Shown here piece by piece: positions 40,301 to 49,628 of a DNA stretch of 64,000 nt. The stretch lies in the IMG/VR virus record IMGVR_UViG_3300046171_000252, positions 1 to 64,000 of that record; one strand, 5' to 3'. The position numbers were made by a program, and so were the translations under genes. Within the stretch, counting starts at the first letter, position 1; every line of letters begins with the position of its first letter. The notes beneath the pieces were generated by a model. That model was not told the origin of the DNA, made no database searches, and was given only the letters and a program-made list of their open reading frames with translations.

Positions 40301-42822
40301 ATAGAGATAATGTCAATGATAATCCACAATCTGCTAAGTCGTTTGCACTGAGAGAACCACTTGGGGAAGTTCAAACTAATGATCTCAAGAAGAGTATCAC
40401 AAAAGAATCTACTGACTCATTCAATAAGAAGTTCAGAAAGCACCTAGAAGTATCTGCCGAGTCGGATTTGAGTGTTGTTGCAGGTATTGCCACACTAACA
40501 TTCACTAGAAATCATGGTTTATCAGGAATTGTGACTCATGAGGGTGCAATTACTGGTGGTTCTGGTCATACAAATGGCACACACTATAATGTAAAACTCT
40601 TTAATGAGGTTGGACTATCCAGTTGGAATGGTGCCACTGCCATCGTCGGTGTATCTGGTGGTGCTGTTGTCAGCATGGATATTCAATCACCCGGTTCTGG
40701 TTATCAATCTGGTGCCACATTATACTTTGACACCGCAGTAATTGGTGGATCTGCTAATGCAACAATCACCGTTGCTCAAAGAGGATTATCTGCCAGTAGT
40801 CTTTCTGCAACTGATGGTGCCGTTGTTCAGGTTACTGGTATTGGAACAACTGCATTTGGTCTTTATAGAACTTCTAGTATTCCTGCCAAAGATAAAGTTG
40901 CCATTGCAAAAACAGCAGGAGATCCTGAAAGTATTCTTGGGCAATATGTTTATATTGTTGCTCCAACAGGAAAAGTTTCATCCAATTCATATAACTCTAC
41001 CACAGGAGTTCAACAATTTAACTGCTCCACTCCTCACGGATTAGTTGCAGGAAGTAGGTTCAGAGTTCTTGATAGTAGCAATAACAATCTTGGAGATTAT
41101 CTGGTTAAGTCTAGAGTTGGTGTCAATACATTTACTGCCACCACCAATTCAAGTCTGTCGGCACAATATGTTCTCAAGCATGGTATGTCGTCAAATGATG
41201 GCATATCCGATCCAACTGAAGAGAACATTGATGCTCGTGGCGTCTCTCTATTTGATACCGAGTCTCTAACACTTGGTGGATTTAATGGCGATACTAAGTT
41301 ACAAGTAGCTTCGCCTTATTCTGGTATTGCAACCACTAAGAGATTCCCTCTCGGTTCATACCTTCAGGTTGATGAAGAGATTATGAGAGTTGTAACTGAT
41401 ACCATCACTGGTACTGGTAGCAATGAAATAACTGTGGCACGAGGAGCATTAGGCACAGGAATCTCTACTCATGATTCTGGTTCTTTACTGAATAAAGTAG
41501 ATCCAATCGCGATTGAATTCCGCAGACCATCTATCATTCGTGCATCAGGTCATACATTTGAATATCTTGGATATGGTCCTGGTAACTACTCAACGGGTCT
41601 TCCACAAGTTCAGGACAGAACACTCACAGAGACCGAAGAATTCCTCTCTCAGGCGCAGGAAAGAAGGGGTGGTATTGTTGTTTATACAGGTATGAATAAC
41701 AAGGGTGATTTTTATATTGGAAACAGAAGAACATCATCTTCAACAGGTGAAGAAAAAACTTATGACATTCCAGTTTCGACAGTTACTGGCGAAGATCCAT
41801 CTAGTCTCAGTGTAGTTTTTGATGAAGTTATCGTCAAAAATAATCTTGTAGTTGAGGGTGGAGATTCGGGACAGATTCTTTCACAATTTGATGGTCCAGT
41901 TACACTTAATGGAGAAGTCACCTTTAAAGATAATTTAACGGCAAAAGGTCCAGTCAAGATTGCAAATACTACACAATCAACAACTAAAACTACTGGAGCA
42001 CTTGTCGTTGATGGTGGTGCTGGTATTGTTGGTGATTTAAATATTGGAGGAAACATTACCTTTGAGAATAATGTAACTGGTGCTGGTGCTACTTTCGGTA
42101 ATATTCAGATTGCGATCACCGAAGACAATACGATTGATACCACCACGGGCGATTTAATCCTCAATTCTGCTTCTGGTGAAGTTGAAATTAATGACAACCT
42201 AGATTTAAACGGAACATTAAATGTTTCTTCAACATCAATATTTGCAGGACAGGCAGTATTTAATACTGGCATCGTCCCAGATGCTGATGAGGGTGCATAT
42301 CTTGGCACTGCATCATTACCATTCTCCGAGGCACACATTGACGAGATTAGAATTGGTGTAAGTGGCAATGGAGAAATTGATACTGCATCTGGCAATTTAA
42401 CACTTGATTCTACTGGTGGAACAACAACAGTTGATGACAACTTGATTGTTAGTGGCACATCTACATTACAGAGCAACACTGCCATCACCGGAACATTAAC
42501 AGTCACTGATGACATCACCGCATTCTTCTCATCTGATGAAAGATTAAAATTAGATATTACACCGATTAAAGAACCTCTTGCCAAGATTCGTTCAATCAGT
42601 GGTAATACATTCACCTGGATTGAGGGTGGTGTTCATGAAGGTGAAGATACGGGTGTCATCGCACAAGAAATTGCTGCTCTTGGACTTCCCGGACTCACTA
42701 CTATCAGAGAGACTGGTTATATGGCAGTCAAATATGACAAACTCACTGCACTACTTATTGAAGCAGTTAAGGAATTATCAGCTAAGGTTGAAATTCTAGA
42801 GCAAAAATTATCAGATAAATAA
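37333..42822 (+). CDS. Long tail fibre / virion structural protein, 1829 aa, with a C-terminal S74 chaperone
   Basis: MPLNKLDNFIKN N-terminus typical of cyanomyophage fibres; SDERLK..GVIAQE..VKYDKLTALLIEAVKEL at the C-terminus. Confidence 0.85.
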   Translation: MPLNKLDNFIKNTEGRILYVSPSDLDATDSINNQGNSLAQPFKTLQRALLESARFSYVQGNSNDLVEKTTILLMPGIHEVDNRPGFAVKNDGGVAKVISPGGGETAASDTLNLQLDSNFDINQEDNILYKFNSVNGGIIIPRGTSVVGLDLRKTKVRPKYVPNPTDLAVANSAIFRITGTCYFWQFSFFDGDDAGVVYTDPVDFSVDNRSKPTFSHHKLTCFEYADGVNNVSGYDLTDLDMYYAKLGNAYNQASGRIIDQKYPANPQGFEKQRPEWEIVGAFASDPLEVSAIVSGSGGTPTSVVTVTTATDHKLQAGTPIKIKGVVPDDYNISTKVQSVSTDNPKVFTYLLPDFRKNLETPGNTSSATVTIETDTVTGASPYIFNISLRSVFGMNGMKADGAKASGFRSMVVAQFTGVSLQKDDRAFVKYSKSNRTYEGIGIGKVTGSALSTQSSSTNASTVYHLDSGAVYRKDWETAHISMVNDAILQIVSVFAIGYNQHFFADTGGDASITNSNSNFGQLALISAGFKKEAFAKDNKGFITNIIAPRAITSLEENIDWQTIDVGVTTSVANNKRLYLFGFTEADIKPSILTQGFRVGAKVEDVLSVDFSAVTGYGISEARILMSDEETSSVKEYRVVSGPTSNQFAIGAHNLSTGEKIIIKSDDADLPENLTPERTYYVIDSGDNNNIKLASSYAASVNGTPITVYGGTNLVILSRVSDKDAGDIGHPVQYDSTQGQWYINTNAGNDIYNALTQVGVQTNNGLDARTEVSFLKRTSDTRSLDEKIYKLRVVVPKEVSNGKNPESGFILQESSTTGLRTDADASLSSITIDDYDFNKNSRFIGSCTFSGGTVTVRSELPHNVSVGDVIITKNIQDTSNTVGTANSGYNGTFTVVSIPNDMEFTYETGASLGPALTNDLTNRTTSLPRYEVNDLQNKLFVYRNEIITDYIQDVQDGIYHLYALNANLSVPTEFTNYEYNQNVVDLYPQLDRDNVNDNPQSAKSFALREPLGEVQTNDLKKSITKESTDSFNKKFRKHLEVSAESDLSVVAGIATLTFTRNHGLSGIVTHEGAITGGSGHTNGTHYNVKLFNEVGLSSWNGATAIVGVSGGAVVSMDIQSPGSGYQSGATLYFDTAVIGGSANATITVAQRGLSASSLSATDGAVVQVTGIGTTAFGLYRTSSIPAKDKVAIAKTAGDPESILGQYVYIVAPTGKVSSNSYNSTTGVQQFNCSTPHGLVAGSRFRVLDSSNNNLGDYLVKSRVGVNTFTATTNSSLSAQYVLKHGMSSNDGISDPTEENIDARGVSLFDTESLTLGGFNGDTKLQVASPYSGIATTKRFPLGSYLQVDEEIMRVVTDTITGTGSNEITVARGALGTGISTHDSGSLLNKVDPIAIEFRRPSIIRASGHTFEYLGYGPGNYSTGLPQVQDRTLTETEEFLSQAQERRGGIVVYTGMNNKGDFYIGNRRTSSSTGEEKTYDIPVSTVTGEDPSSLSVVFDEVIVKNNLVVEGGDSGQILSQFDGPVTLNGEVTFKDNLTAKGPVKIANTTQSTTKTTGALVVDGGAGIVGDLNIGGNITFENNVTGAGATFGNIQIAITEDNTIDTTTGDLILNSASGEVEINDNLDLNGTLNVSSTSIFAGQAVFNTGIVPDADEGAYLGTASLPFSEAHIDEIRIGVSGNGEIDTASGNLTLDSTGGTTTVDDNLIVSGTSTLQSNTAITGTLTVTDDITAFFSSDERLKLDITPIKEPLAKIRSISGNTFTWIEGGVHEGEDTGVIAQEIAALGLPGLTTIRETGYMAVKYDKLTALLIEAVKELSAKVEILEQKLSDK

Positions 42823-42844
42823 CTCCATGGAGATGCACAAGTAG

Positions 42845-45208
42845 ATGGCAAATTATAGAAAGTCTTTTAATTTTCGTAATGGTGTTCAGGTTGATAACGA
42901 CAACTTTATTGTAGATGCAAATGGACTGGTCGGAATTGGCACCTCTGTTCCCTCCGAGTTTCTTGATGTAAGAGGAACTGCGAAAGTTAGTGGTATTGTA
43001 TCAACTGCGGACTTATTTGTCACTGAAGACGTATTTGTATCAGGTGCCTCAACAGTAACAGTGTTAGATGCAACCAGTCTTAATGCAACTGGTATTGTAA
43101 CAGCACAACAATTTTTTGGTGATGGTAGTCAATTATCTGGTGTTGTTGCCGTTGCAAGAACCGGATGGTCTATTACTGATGCAGGAATCTCCACAATAGC
43201 TAATGTTGGAGTAGGCACCACCAATCCCGTATCATTATTGCAAATTGGTGATGATCCAACATCGGCAACTTATGGTGTTGGTATTGATTCAACCGGACAA
43301 GGAAACTTTACAGGTATTTTAACAGCAGGTTCATTTCAATCTACCGGTATTATAACTGGTTCCAATTTGCTTGCATCGGGATTCTCTACATTCTTCTCCA
43401 GTGTTCAGATAACGAATGATGTAAATGTTGGTGGTGTTGTAACTGCAACCACCTTCATTGGAGATTTGACCGGAGAAGTTAATGCCGCAAAATTTGATAC
43501 AAATTCTACGGGTATCGTTGTATCTGGTATTGCAACTTTTACCGATGATGCACAAATCACTGCTGGTGGATTAGTCGTTACTGGTGTCACCACTTCAACG
43601 AGTTTTGTTGGTAATATCACTGGTAGTGTAACTGGAAATGTTACTGGTGATGTAATGGGTAATGTCACAGGATATTTGAGTGGTGTTGCACAGACAGCAG
43701 GTTTTGCATCAACTTCATTCGGACTTGATGGCACACCTGCTATTACAGTAGGAAATATTGTTGGTTCATCTGCAACTGTAACCGCACTGGTAGTTGATAA
43801 TAAACTTGGTATTGGTTCTGATACTCCTGCATCTGATATTGAAATCAGAAAGATTACAAATACAGCAATAGATGTTATTACATCTAGCAATACCTCTAGA
43901 ATCAGTGTCGGACAATCTGTAGGAACAGGTAATAGCAGTGGTGTTTTAAGTTTCAACTCTGGAACACTAAGTCTCTCTAACTACGATCTTGGTGGAGTTA
44001 ATATCAATCTCCATTCTGGATCTGGTGCCGGAACAACAGAAAGTTTCAAGGTTAGATACGACGATAATACTAAATTTGAGACCACATATGATGGTAAGGT
44101 AGGTGTTAATCGTCATGGTATTACATTAACACGAGAACTGGAAGTCGGTGGAAATACATTCATAAGTGGTTACGGACAGGTTGCAGGTATTCTTACCGTA
44201 GGACAAGGTGCTAATCAACTCACTCTTGGTGATGGTAGTGCCCTACCAATTTCTAGTAGTGCTGTTATTAGCGTAACCAGCGGAATTTCTACATTCAATG
44301 ATCTTCTTGTTAGTCGCAATTTCCAAGTTGGAAGTGGCATCGGAACTTTCTTAGGAGATACTTTTGTTGGTGGAAAGTTGGGGATTGGTACAGCATCTGA
44401 GACTGGATTCCCATCTGGAGGTGGTTTTGACTCTGCTGTCTTTGGTGATTTTTATTCAGATGGAAGAATTATTTCTACAACACAACTTGGAATGTCAACC
44501 AGCACTGATGGTTCATTCATATCTGATCCAAGAACGAGTGTAGATGCATTGGGACAAATTGTTCCTGATTTTGCAAATGGAAGTTTCCAAACACAAAATA
44601 GTTTCGTCATGTTTGGTGGAAGTGGATTATTTGTTCCAACTGCTCCTATTATTGCGGCAGGATATGGACAAACTAATCAAGGATTAGTTCCCACTGATGC
44701 AGGCGATAAAAAATATCTGACTAGAATCGGAATCAATACTTACTTTGCAAGATCTGTTCTTGATGTTGGTATGGCAAGCACCACGATGAACAGTTATGTC
44801 GTTATGCCTTCACTTAATAATGAAGAATTAGACATCGTTGCTAACCTCTGGTCCGGCAATGCTGGTGGTAATCAGAATGTGAATCCAGTTCAATCTGGAT
44901 TTGGAACAGCAATTGCCAAGAAACTTCTTGCACCTGATGGTGTTCCTGGTGGTTCAGTCGTTTATAACAATGAATCTAGAAGACTTAATGTTAGCACAGG
45001 TGGCACAGTATTCTGTGGTGTTGCAACATTAACACAAAACCAATCTGGATATGATTCACTTGCAATTCCCACATTCAATAGCACCAAGAGAAACTTAATG
45101 AGTGGTTATGGAAACCTTCCCAAAGGTGCAATCATGTATAACACAACCACAAACAAACTTAACTTCTGGAATGGTTCTGCATGGGAGGCAGTAACAAGTT
45201 CAACGTAA
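42845..45208 (+). CDS. Tail fibre protein, 787 aa
   Basis: Gly/Thr/Ser-rich VGIGT and GIVTA repeats; IMYNTTTNKLNFWNGSAWEAV C-terminus. Confidence 0.8.
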   Translation: MANYRKSFNFRNGVQVDNDNFIVDANGLVGIGTSVPSEFLDVRGTAKVSGIVSTADLFVTEDVFVSGASTVTVLDATSLNATGIVTAQQFFGDGSQLSGVVAVARTGWSITDAGISTIANVGVGTTNPVSLLQIGDDPTSATYGVGIDSTGQGNFTGILTAGSFQSTGIITGSNLLASGFSTFFSSVQITNDVNVGGVVTATTFIGDLTGEVNAAKFDTNSTGIVVSGIATFTDDAQITAGGLVVTGVTTSTSFVGNITGSVTGNVTGDVMGNVTGYLSGVAQTAGFASTSFGLDGTPAITVGNIVGSSATVTALVVDNKLGIGSDTPASDIEIRKITNTAIDVITSSNTSRISVGQSVGTGNSSGVLSFNSGTLSLSNYDLGGVNINLHSGSGAGTTESFKVRYDDNTKFETTYDGKVGVNRHGITLTRELEVGGNTFISGYGQVAGILTVGQGANQLTLGDGSALPISSSAVISVTSGISTFNDLLVSRNFQVGSGIGTFLGDTFVGGKLGIGTASETGFPSGGGFDSAVFGDFYSDGRIISTTQLGMSTSTDGSFISDPRTSVDALGQIVPDFANGSFQTQNSFVMFGGSGLFVPTAPIIAAGYGQTNQGLVPTDAGDKKYLTRIGINTYFARSVLDVGMASTTMNSYVVMPSLNNEELDIVANLWSGNAGGNQNVNPVQSGFGTAIAKKLLAPDGVPGGSVVYNNESRRLNVSTGGTVFCGVATLTQNQSGYDSLAIPTFNSTKRNLMSGYGNLPKGAIMYNTTTNKLNFWNGSAWEAVTSST

Positions 45209-45212
45209 TAGA

Positions 45213-45241
45213 TTGACAGAATCATGAAAACCCTATAGACT
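45213..45241 (+). promoter_or_regulatory. Sigma70-type promoter TTGACA-N17-TAGACT
   Basis: Consensus -35 with 17-nt spacer. Confidence 0.55.
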
Positions 45242-45298
45242 ACCTTTGTCCGGGTTGAAGAGGAAGTCTTAAGACACTATAGAAACCGGTTGCAAAAC

Positions 45299-45339
45299 TG
45301 TCACACCACCTCCTAATCGGGGTGGTTTTCTGCTATAAT
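45299..45339 (+). promoter_or_regulatory. Repeated early-promoter element, copy 1 of 10 (TGNCAC-N29/30-TATAAT with an internal hairpin)
   Basis: TGTCAC 45299, TATAAT 45334; other copies have TGNCAC at 46544, 49058, 49958, 50690, 53901, 60311, 60652, 61391, 61942. Confidence 0.7.
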
Positions 45340-45364
45340 ATATTCATACCAAACAGGACAGCAC

Positions 45365-46540
45365 TTGGTCACCCTTCGCCCACACCAGAAGAAAGCACTG
45401 AATGCAATGCTGGCATATGACAAGGGTCAGGTCATCATCCCTACGGGTGGTGGTAAGACCATGTGTATGATACATGATATTATTGAGAATCAAAAGTATA
45501 TTGATAATGGTTCTACTATTGTTGTTGTAGCACCTCGTATTCTTCTGGCAGAGCAACTCTGCAAAGAGTTTCTTGAAGTGATTGATACTAATCACACTCA
45601 TGTGATGCAGGTTCATAGTGGTGATGTTGAGTATTTCAGCACTACCAAAGCAGACACGATTCACTTGTTTGCCAATACTGCACGGACTGCTGGTGAGAAT
45701 GTCATCATCTTCACCACATATCACTCACTACATCGTCTTGTAGAGGCAGACATTGAAGTGAATACAATTTACTTTGATGAGGCACATAACTCAGTTCAAC
45801 GTAATTTCTTTCCTGCAACTGAGTTCTTCAGTAGCGATTCTGATCGTTGCTATTTCTTTACTGCGACTCCTAAGCACTCGTTGTCTGTATTCAAACCAGG
45901 AATGAATGATCCTGAGGTTTATGGTCAGGTCATTTGTAATGTTCCTGCACCTCAACTTGTCAAAGAAGGTTATATCCTTCCTCCTAAGGTTGTGGTTCAT
46001 CAACTACCTCAGGGTGATTTCAAACTATCTGATGATAAGAATCTGTTGAATACGATTGATGCAAACTCACTCAATAAGATTCTGATTGCAGCACGTTCTA
46101 CTAAGCAGATTCTGCGTATGGTAAGTCAGTCTGATTTTTGTCAGCAATTACATGAGCGTGGATACAACTGGATGTATATTACATCTAAGACCGGTGCAAT
46201 CATCAATGGTAAGAAGGTTTCCCGTGAGGAATTCTTCAAGACCTTGAATACTTGGGGTCAGGATGATACTCGTTTTGTTGTCATGCACCACTCTATCTTG
46301 TCTGAAGGTATCAATGTCAAGGGACTGGAGGCAGTTCTATTCATGCGGAACATGAACTACATTGGAATCAGTCAGTCTATCGGTCGTGTGATCCGTCTGG
46401 GTGGTGCTGAGAAGACCTTTGGACTGGTCTGCGTGCCAGTCTTTGATAAGGTGGGAATCAGCACTGCTAAGAGCGTTCAGGCAGTGGTTGACACCGTATT
46501 TGAGCAGGGTGAACCTGCCATCTCAGTGGTCCGGAAGTAG
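45365..46540 (+). CDS. SF2 DEAH-box helicase (type III restriction Res-like)
   Basis: PTGGGKT, FTTYHSL, YFDEAH, FTATP, LSEGINV, QSIGRVIR. Confidence 0.88.
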   Translation: MVTLRPHQKKALNAMLAYDKGQVIIPTGGGKTMCMIHDIIENQKYIDNGSTIVVVAPRILLAEQLCKEFLEVIDTNHTHVMQVHSGDVEYFSTTKADTIHLFANTARTAGENVIIFTTYHSLHRLVEADIEVNTIYFDEAHNSVQRNFFPATEFFSSDSDRCYFFTATPKHSLSVFKPGMNDPEVYGQVICNVPAPQLVKEGYILPPKVVVHQLPQGDFKLSDDKNLLNTIDANSLNKILIAARSTKQILRMVSQSDFCQQLHERGYNWMYITSKTGAIINGKKVSREEFFKTLNTWGQDDTRFVVMHHSILSEGINVKGLEAVLFMRNMNYIGISQSIGRVIRLGGAEKTFGLVCVPVFDKVGISTAKSVQAVVDTVFEQGEPAISVVRK

Positions 46541-46609
46541 AACTGTCACACCAGGAGCAGAATCCTGCTCCACTCTGCTATAATACAAAAGTAATCAGGG
46601 GAACATCCC

Positions 46610-46750
46610 ATGAAGTGCAAAGTTCAACTCTATGTGTCTGGCACCGTCTTTGATGAGATTGTCATCGCACGGAACTATGAAGAAGCAAGAAAAACTGCAC
46701 TTGCACGCAATCCTACGGCAACAGTTGTAAGTGTTACTGCCGTCTTCTAA
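46610..46750 (+). CDS. Small conserved cyanophage protein, 46 aa
   Basis: Manually translated MKCKVQLYVSG...ARNPTA; follows promoter copy 2 and an AGGGG SD. Confidence 0.65.
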   Translation: MKCKVQLYVSGTVFDEIVIARNYEEARKTALARNPTATVVSVTAVF

Positions 46751-46983
46751 TGAGTGAATCAAAAGATTACCGAAAGTTCTATACTTGTCCCAATAAGGAC
46801 ATTTTAGAAAGCAAAGTTGGGTATCCGAGTGGTTATGTAACCAAGGATGGTATGTGGGCAGCTGTTCCACTTGCAAAATCAAAAAAGTTTGTGATTATCA
46901 ACAACGGATCAATTGTTCACACTTCAAAAAATTATCCATCTGCTGTTTCATACATAGAAAAAAATATGAAGAAAAAACGATGA
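46750..46983 (+). CDS. Hypothetical protein
   Basis: ORF track entry; TAATG coupling. Confidence 0.65.
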   Translation: MSESKDYRKFYTCPNKDILESKVGYPSGYVTKDGMWAAVPLAKSKKFVIINNGSIVHTSKNYPSAVSYIEKNMKKKR

Positions 46984-47177
46984 AGGATCAAAACAGCATT
47001 AAAGATTGTGAAAGCAAACAGGAAAAGTGGAATCGTGGACTTGATATCTTTATTGAATCCGTAATTAAACCTGATGCATCTCTTCGTGATTGTGCTCGTA
47101 ATCAAAAATGTTATCATGAACTGATGGATGTTCGCAATGATGTTTTGGATTATCTCAAAACAAAGAGATGGCAATAA
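46980..47177 (+). CDS. Hypothetical protein
   Basis: ATGA overlap with the previous stop. Confidence 0.65.
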   Translation: MKDQNSIKDCESKQEKWNRGLDIFIESVIKPDASLRDCARNQKCYHELMDVRNDVLDYLKTKRWQ

Positions 47178-47207
47178 TATAACTAATAAAGAACTATAGT
47201 TAAAGTT

Positions 47208-47369
47208 ATGGATCCTGAAGAAATTACTTTAAGTACAACAAGCAGACAATTTACCTATGAAAAGATGTCTCGCAATCTTGATGGTTTAACTCCTGATGAA
47301 TTGAGAGATATGTGTAAATGTTATATGAAACTTTACCTCAAACAACAAGAAGTTCTCAAGACTATATGA
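47208..47369 (+). CDS. Small helical protein, 53 aa, possible NblA-like
   Basis: Manually translated ITLSTTSRQFTYEKMSRNLDGLTPDELRDMCKCYMKLYLKQQEVL; size and pattern resemble the NblA helix-loop-helix. Confidence 0.4.
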   Translation: MDPEEITLSTTSRQFTYEKMSRNLDGLTPDELRDMCKCYMKLYLKQQEVLKTI

Positions 47370-47521
47370 CAGTAAGTACATCATCCTAGGCATAAATTTT
47401 TATTTCAGAAACTTGCAAATGTCAGCAATTCGTGATAAATATTAGGGAGAACTTCGGAGGAACGATGATCTGAAAATTTTTATATTATGTCTTTTGCTTA
47501 TCTAATACATGGAGGTTCATC

Positions 47522-47683
47522 ATGCACAATCTAATATCATTTAATCAATTAGCAGGTTTTAAACTGGATGAAAACAAGTCCGAAATTTCTGATAATTTAA
47601 TCAACGAGTATTATGAATGTCTGGTAGAATGTGACAATAATCAGTCAGTCTGTAAAAGAATCTGTCGGGAGGTTCTAATTTAA
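47522..47683 (+). CDS. Small Cys-rich protein, 53 aa (MHNLISFNQL...YYECLVEC....CKRIC)
   Basis: GGAGGT SD; manually translated. Confidence 0.65.
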   Translation: MHNLISFNQLAGFKLDENKSEISDNLINEYYECLVECDNNQSVCKRICREVLI

Positions 47684-47762
47684 GTTTACACACAGTCAGT
47701 TAGAGGTAAAAATGTTAGTTTATCTGCACCCGCCTTGATTATTCAGAGAATTTAATAAGATT

Positions 47763-47786
47763 AACCCTCGCAAGAGGGTTTTTTTA
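47763..47786 (+). terminator. Intrinsic terminator with GCAA loop
   Basis: AACCCTC-GCAA-GAGGGTT plus T-run. Confidence 0.85.
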
Positions 47787-47830
47787 ATGCAAAGTTGTTA
47801 AATACTTAAAACATCCAAATAAAACTTAAA

Positions 47831-47983
47831 GTGGATTTATCCGACAAAAAAGCATCAAAAAAAATTATCAAAAGATTCAAGAAACACCCTGAGTGGTATA
47901 CACCAGAGGAGGTTTTGTATGCTAAAATGATTAGAAAGCAATTAAAGAAAAATGGAAGACAGTCTGAAAGTAGAACAGAATAA
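47831..47983 (+). CDS. Small basic hypothetical protein, 50 aa, GTG start
   Basis: Manually translated DKKASKKIIKRFKKHPEWYTPEEVLYAKM. Confidence 0.5.
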   Translation: MDLSDKKASKKIIKRFKKHPEWYTPEEVLYAKMIRKQLKKNGRQSESRTE

Positions 47984-48113
47984 AGATGGCACATTCACTA
48001 TAGAATGGGATAATGATGATCCCAGATGGAATTTTTTGAATAACTTGACAAGTAAAGAAATTAGTACTATGATAGAGACCCTAGTCAAAGATAATCTAGA
48101 TGAAACCATTTAA
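47952..48113 (+). CDS. Small hypothetical protein, 53 aa
   Basis: Manually translated MEDSLKVEQNKDGTFTIEWD. Confidence 0.6.
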   Translation: MEDSLKVEQNKDGTFTIEWDNDDPRWNFLNNLTSKEISTMIETLVKDNLDETI

Positions 48114-48507
48114 TGAGCACGAAGATTACTCACTGAATATGTTATCCGATTGGGTTAAGGAATCATTAGAGTCTTCACATACTCCACAACAAGTGTATGA
48201 AACAATTGTAAGAGCTGTCAGGGAGAAAAGAGACTATTATGAAACATGCTATAACCATAGCAAGAAACTTTTAGAACTTCTAAAAGGTGAATTGACACCT
48301 CTGCCAGAACATTATGATGACTTTGAGTGTCCTATTCCAGAGCAAGAAACTATTACTTTTTCGGGACAAGATGGATCTGCAGAATCTTTAAGAAATTGGG
48401 AAAATTTTTGGTATGATGAGAATCATTTAACATTCAATTCTTCTTTACAACAAGAGGTGGATAGAATTGGTAAGGAAGGTGGATATGAATGGACACCAGG
48501 AACCTAG
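48100..48507 (+). CDS. Hypothetical protein
   Basis: ORF track entry. Confidence 0.7.
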   Translation: MKPFNEHEDYSLNMLSDWVKESLESSHTPQQVYETIVRAVREKRDYYETCYNHSKKLLELLKGELTPLPEHYDDFECPIPEQETITFSGQDGSAESLRNWENFWYDENHLTFNSSLQQEVDRIGKEGGYEWTPGT

Positions 48508-48601
48508 CACAATATTTGTAAAGCAATTACAAAGAAAATCTTAAATTACTAACTAATTTTGTGCGGAAACGCTAAAATATCTCAGTAAAAGCAAGACACC
48601 T

Positions 48602-48766
48602 ATGACTCTTCCCCAAAATGGCAAGAAATTGACAGAAATAGAGAAGAAAAGCATGAAAATTGCTTTAAAAGAGGCAGACATTCGTGCAATTCATCCCGAA
48701 AGGATGGAAGCACTTGCTGATTCTATGGTTCAAAGACTCAAGAATAGTGCAAATGTAGCACTTTGA
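48602..48766 (+). CDS. Small hypothetical protein, 54 aa (IHPERMEALA)
   Basis: Manually translated. Confidence 0.6.
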   Translation: MTLPQNGKKLTEIEKKSMKIALKEADIRAIHPERMEALADSMVQRLKNSANVAL

Positions 48767-48811
48767 ACCATTAATCAAAATAAATAAGTAAAACAAATTA
48801 CAAAACTTCGC

Positions 48812-49039
48812 ATGGACACAATCGAGCAGCATATTGAGGTGGATAAACAGATCCTTGACAATCCTCTAACTTCTCCTAATCAACGTCGTCACATTGAAGG
48901 TGAGCTACATGAATTAGAAGATTATGTAGAGCATCATCAGAAAGAAATTGAAGCAGGTGATCATCATGACCCCACCGCACTTGAACTTTATTGTGATTCT
49001 AACCCATCAGAACCTGAATGTAAAGTTTATGAGGACTGA
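48812..49039 (+). CDS. cp12: CP12 Calvin-cycle inhibitor
   Basis: C-terminal LELYCDSNPSEPECKVYED signature. Confidence 0.92.
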   Translation: MDTIEQHIEVDKQILDNPLTSPNQRRHIEGELHELEDYVEHHQKEIEAGDHHDPTALELYCDSNPSEPECKVYED

Positions 49040-49199
49040 TTGAGACAGTTCAATAAGTGTCACAAGGGGGGTTTCATACCCCCCTTTTTCGTGTATATTA
49101 GATGAGTGGAGGGGAGACCCGACACAACACACCCAGAGGCAACACACATAAGAGCAGAGACAAACTTCTGCCGCCTCTCATCCACCTTCTCTTTCTAGC

Positions 49200-49628
49200 A
49201 TGGCAACTCGCTCACGCATTGGCATTCAACTCTCAGATGACTCTATTCTTTCTGTTTATCATCACTGGGATGGTTATCCTACTTGGTTGGGTCGGATTCT
49301 CAAGACGCACTACAATACAAAGGAGAAAGTAGCAGAACTGATTGATGGTGGCGATATGTCATCTTGCTGGACAAAGGATCGCTGGACTGGTAAGCAAGTT
49401 GCAAAATATGTGATCGAAAATGTTGAGGTTGAGGAATATGGTCCTCAGTATTATTCTGCTCGTGGTGAGAGTTGCCCTCCTCGTCTTGATGATGATATCA
49501 CTGAATTTCTGGACAATGGTGAAGAGTATTCTTACATCTTCACTCGTGCTGATGAGTGGATCTGCTACGATTTGCACGACATCACTGGAAAACTGACTGA
49601 GATTCCAGAAGGAGCACTTGCAGTATGA
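49200..49628 (+). CDS. Conserved phage hypothetical protein (YHHWDGYP family)
   Basis: MATRSRIG..YHHWDGYP..LG. Confidence 0.75.
   Translation: MATRSRIGIQLSDDSILSVYHHWDGYPTWLGRILKTHYNTKEKVAELIDGGDMSSCWTKDRWTGKQVAKYVIENVEVEEYGPQYYSARGESCPPRLDDDITEFLDNGEEYSYIFTRADEWICYDLHDITGKLTEIPEGALAV

Noticed and set aside
45365-46540. Helicase as the Res subunit of a type III restriction system
   Set aside because: No adjacent Mod gene and no nuclease domain; it is 391 aa and has its own promoter.
48516-48532. NtcA site upstream of the 48602 ORF
   Set aside because: Spacing is GTA-N7-TAC rather than N8; it is only a 6-bp inverted repeat (TTGTAA/TTACAA).
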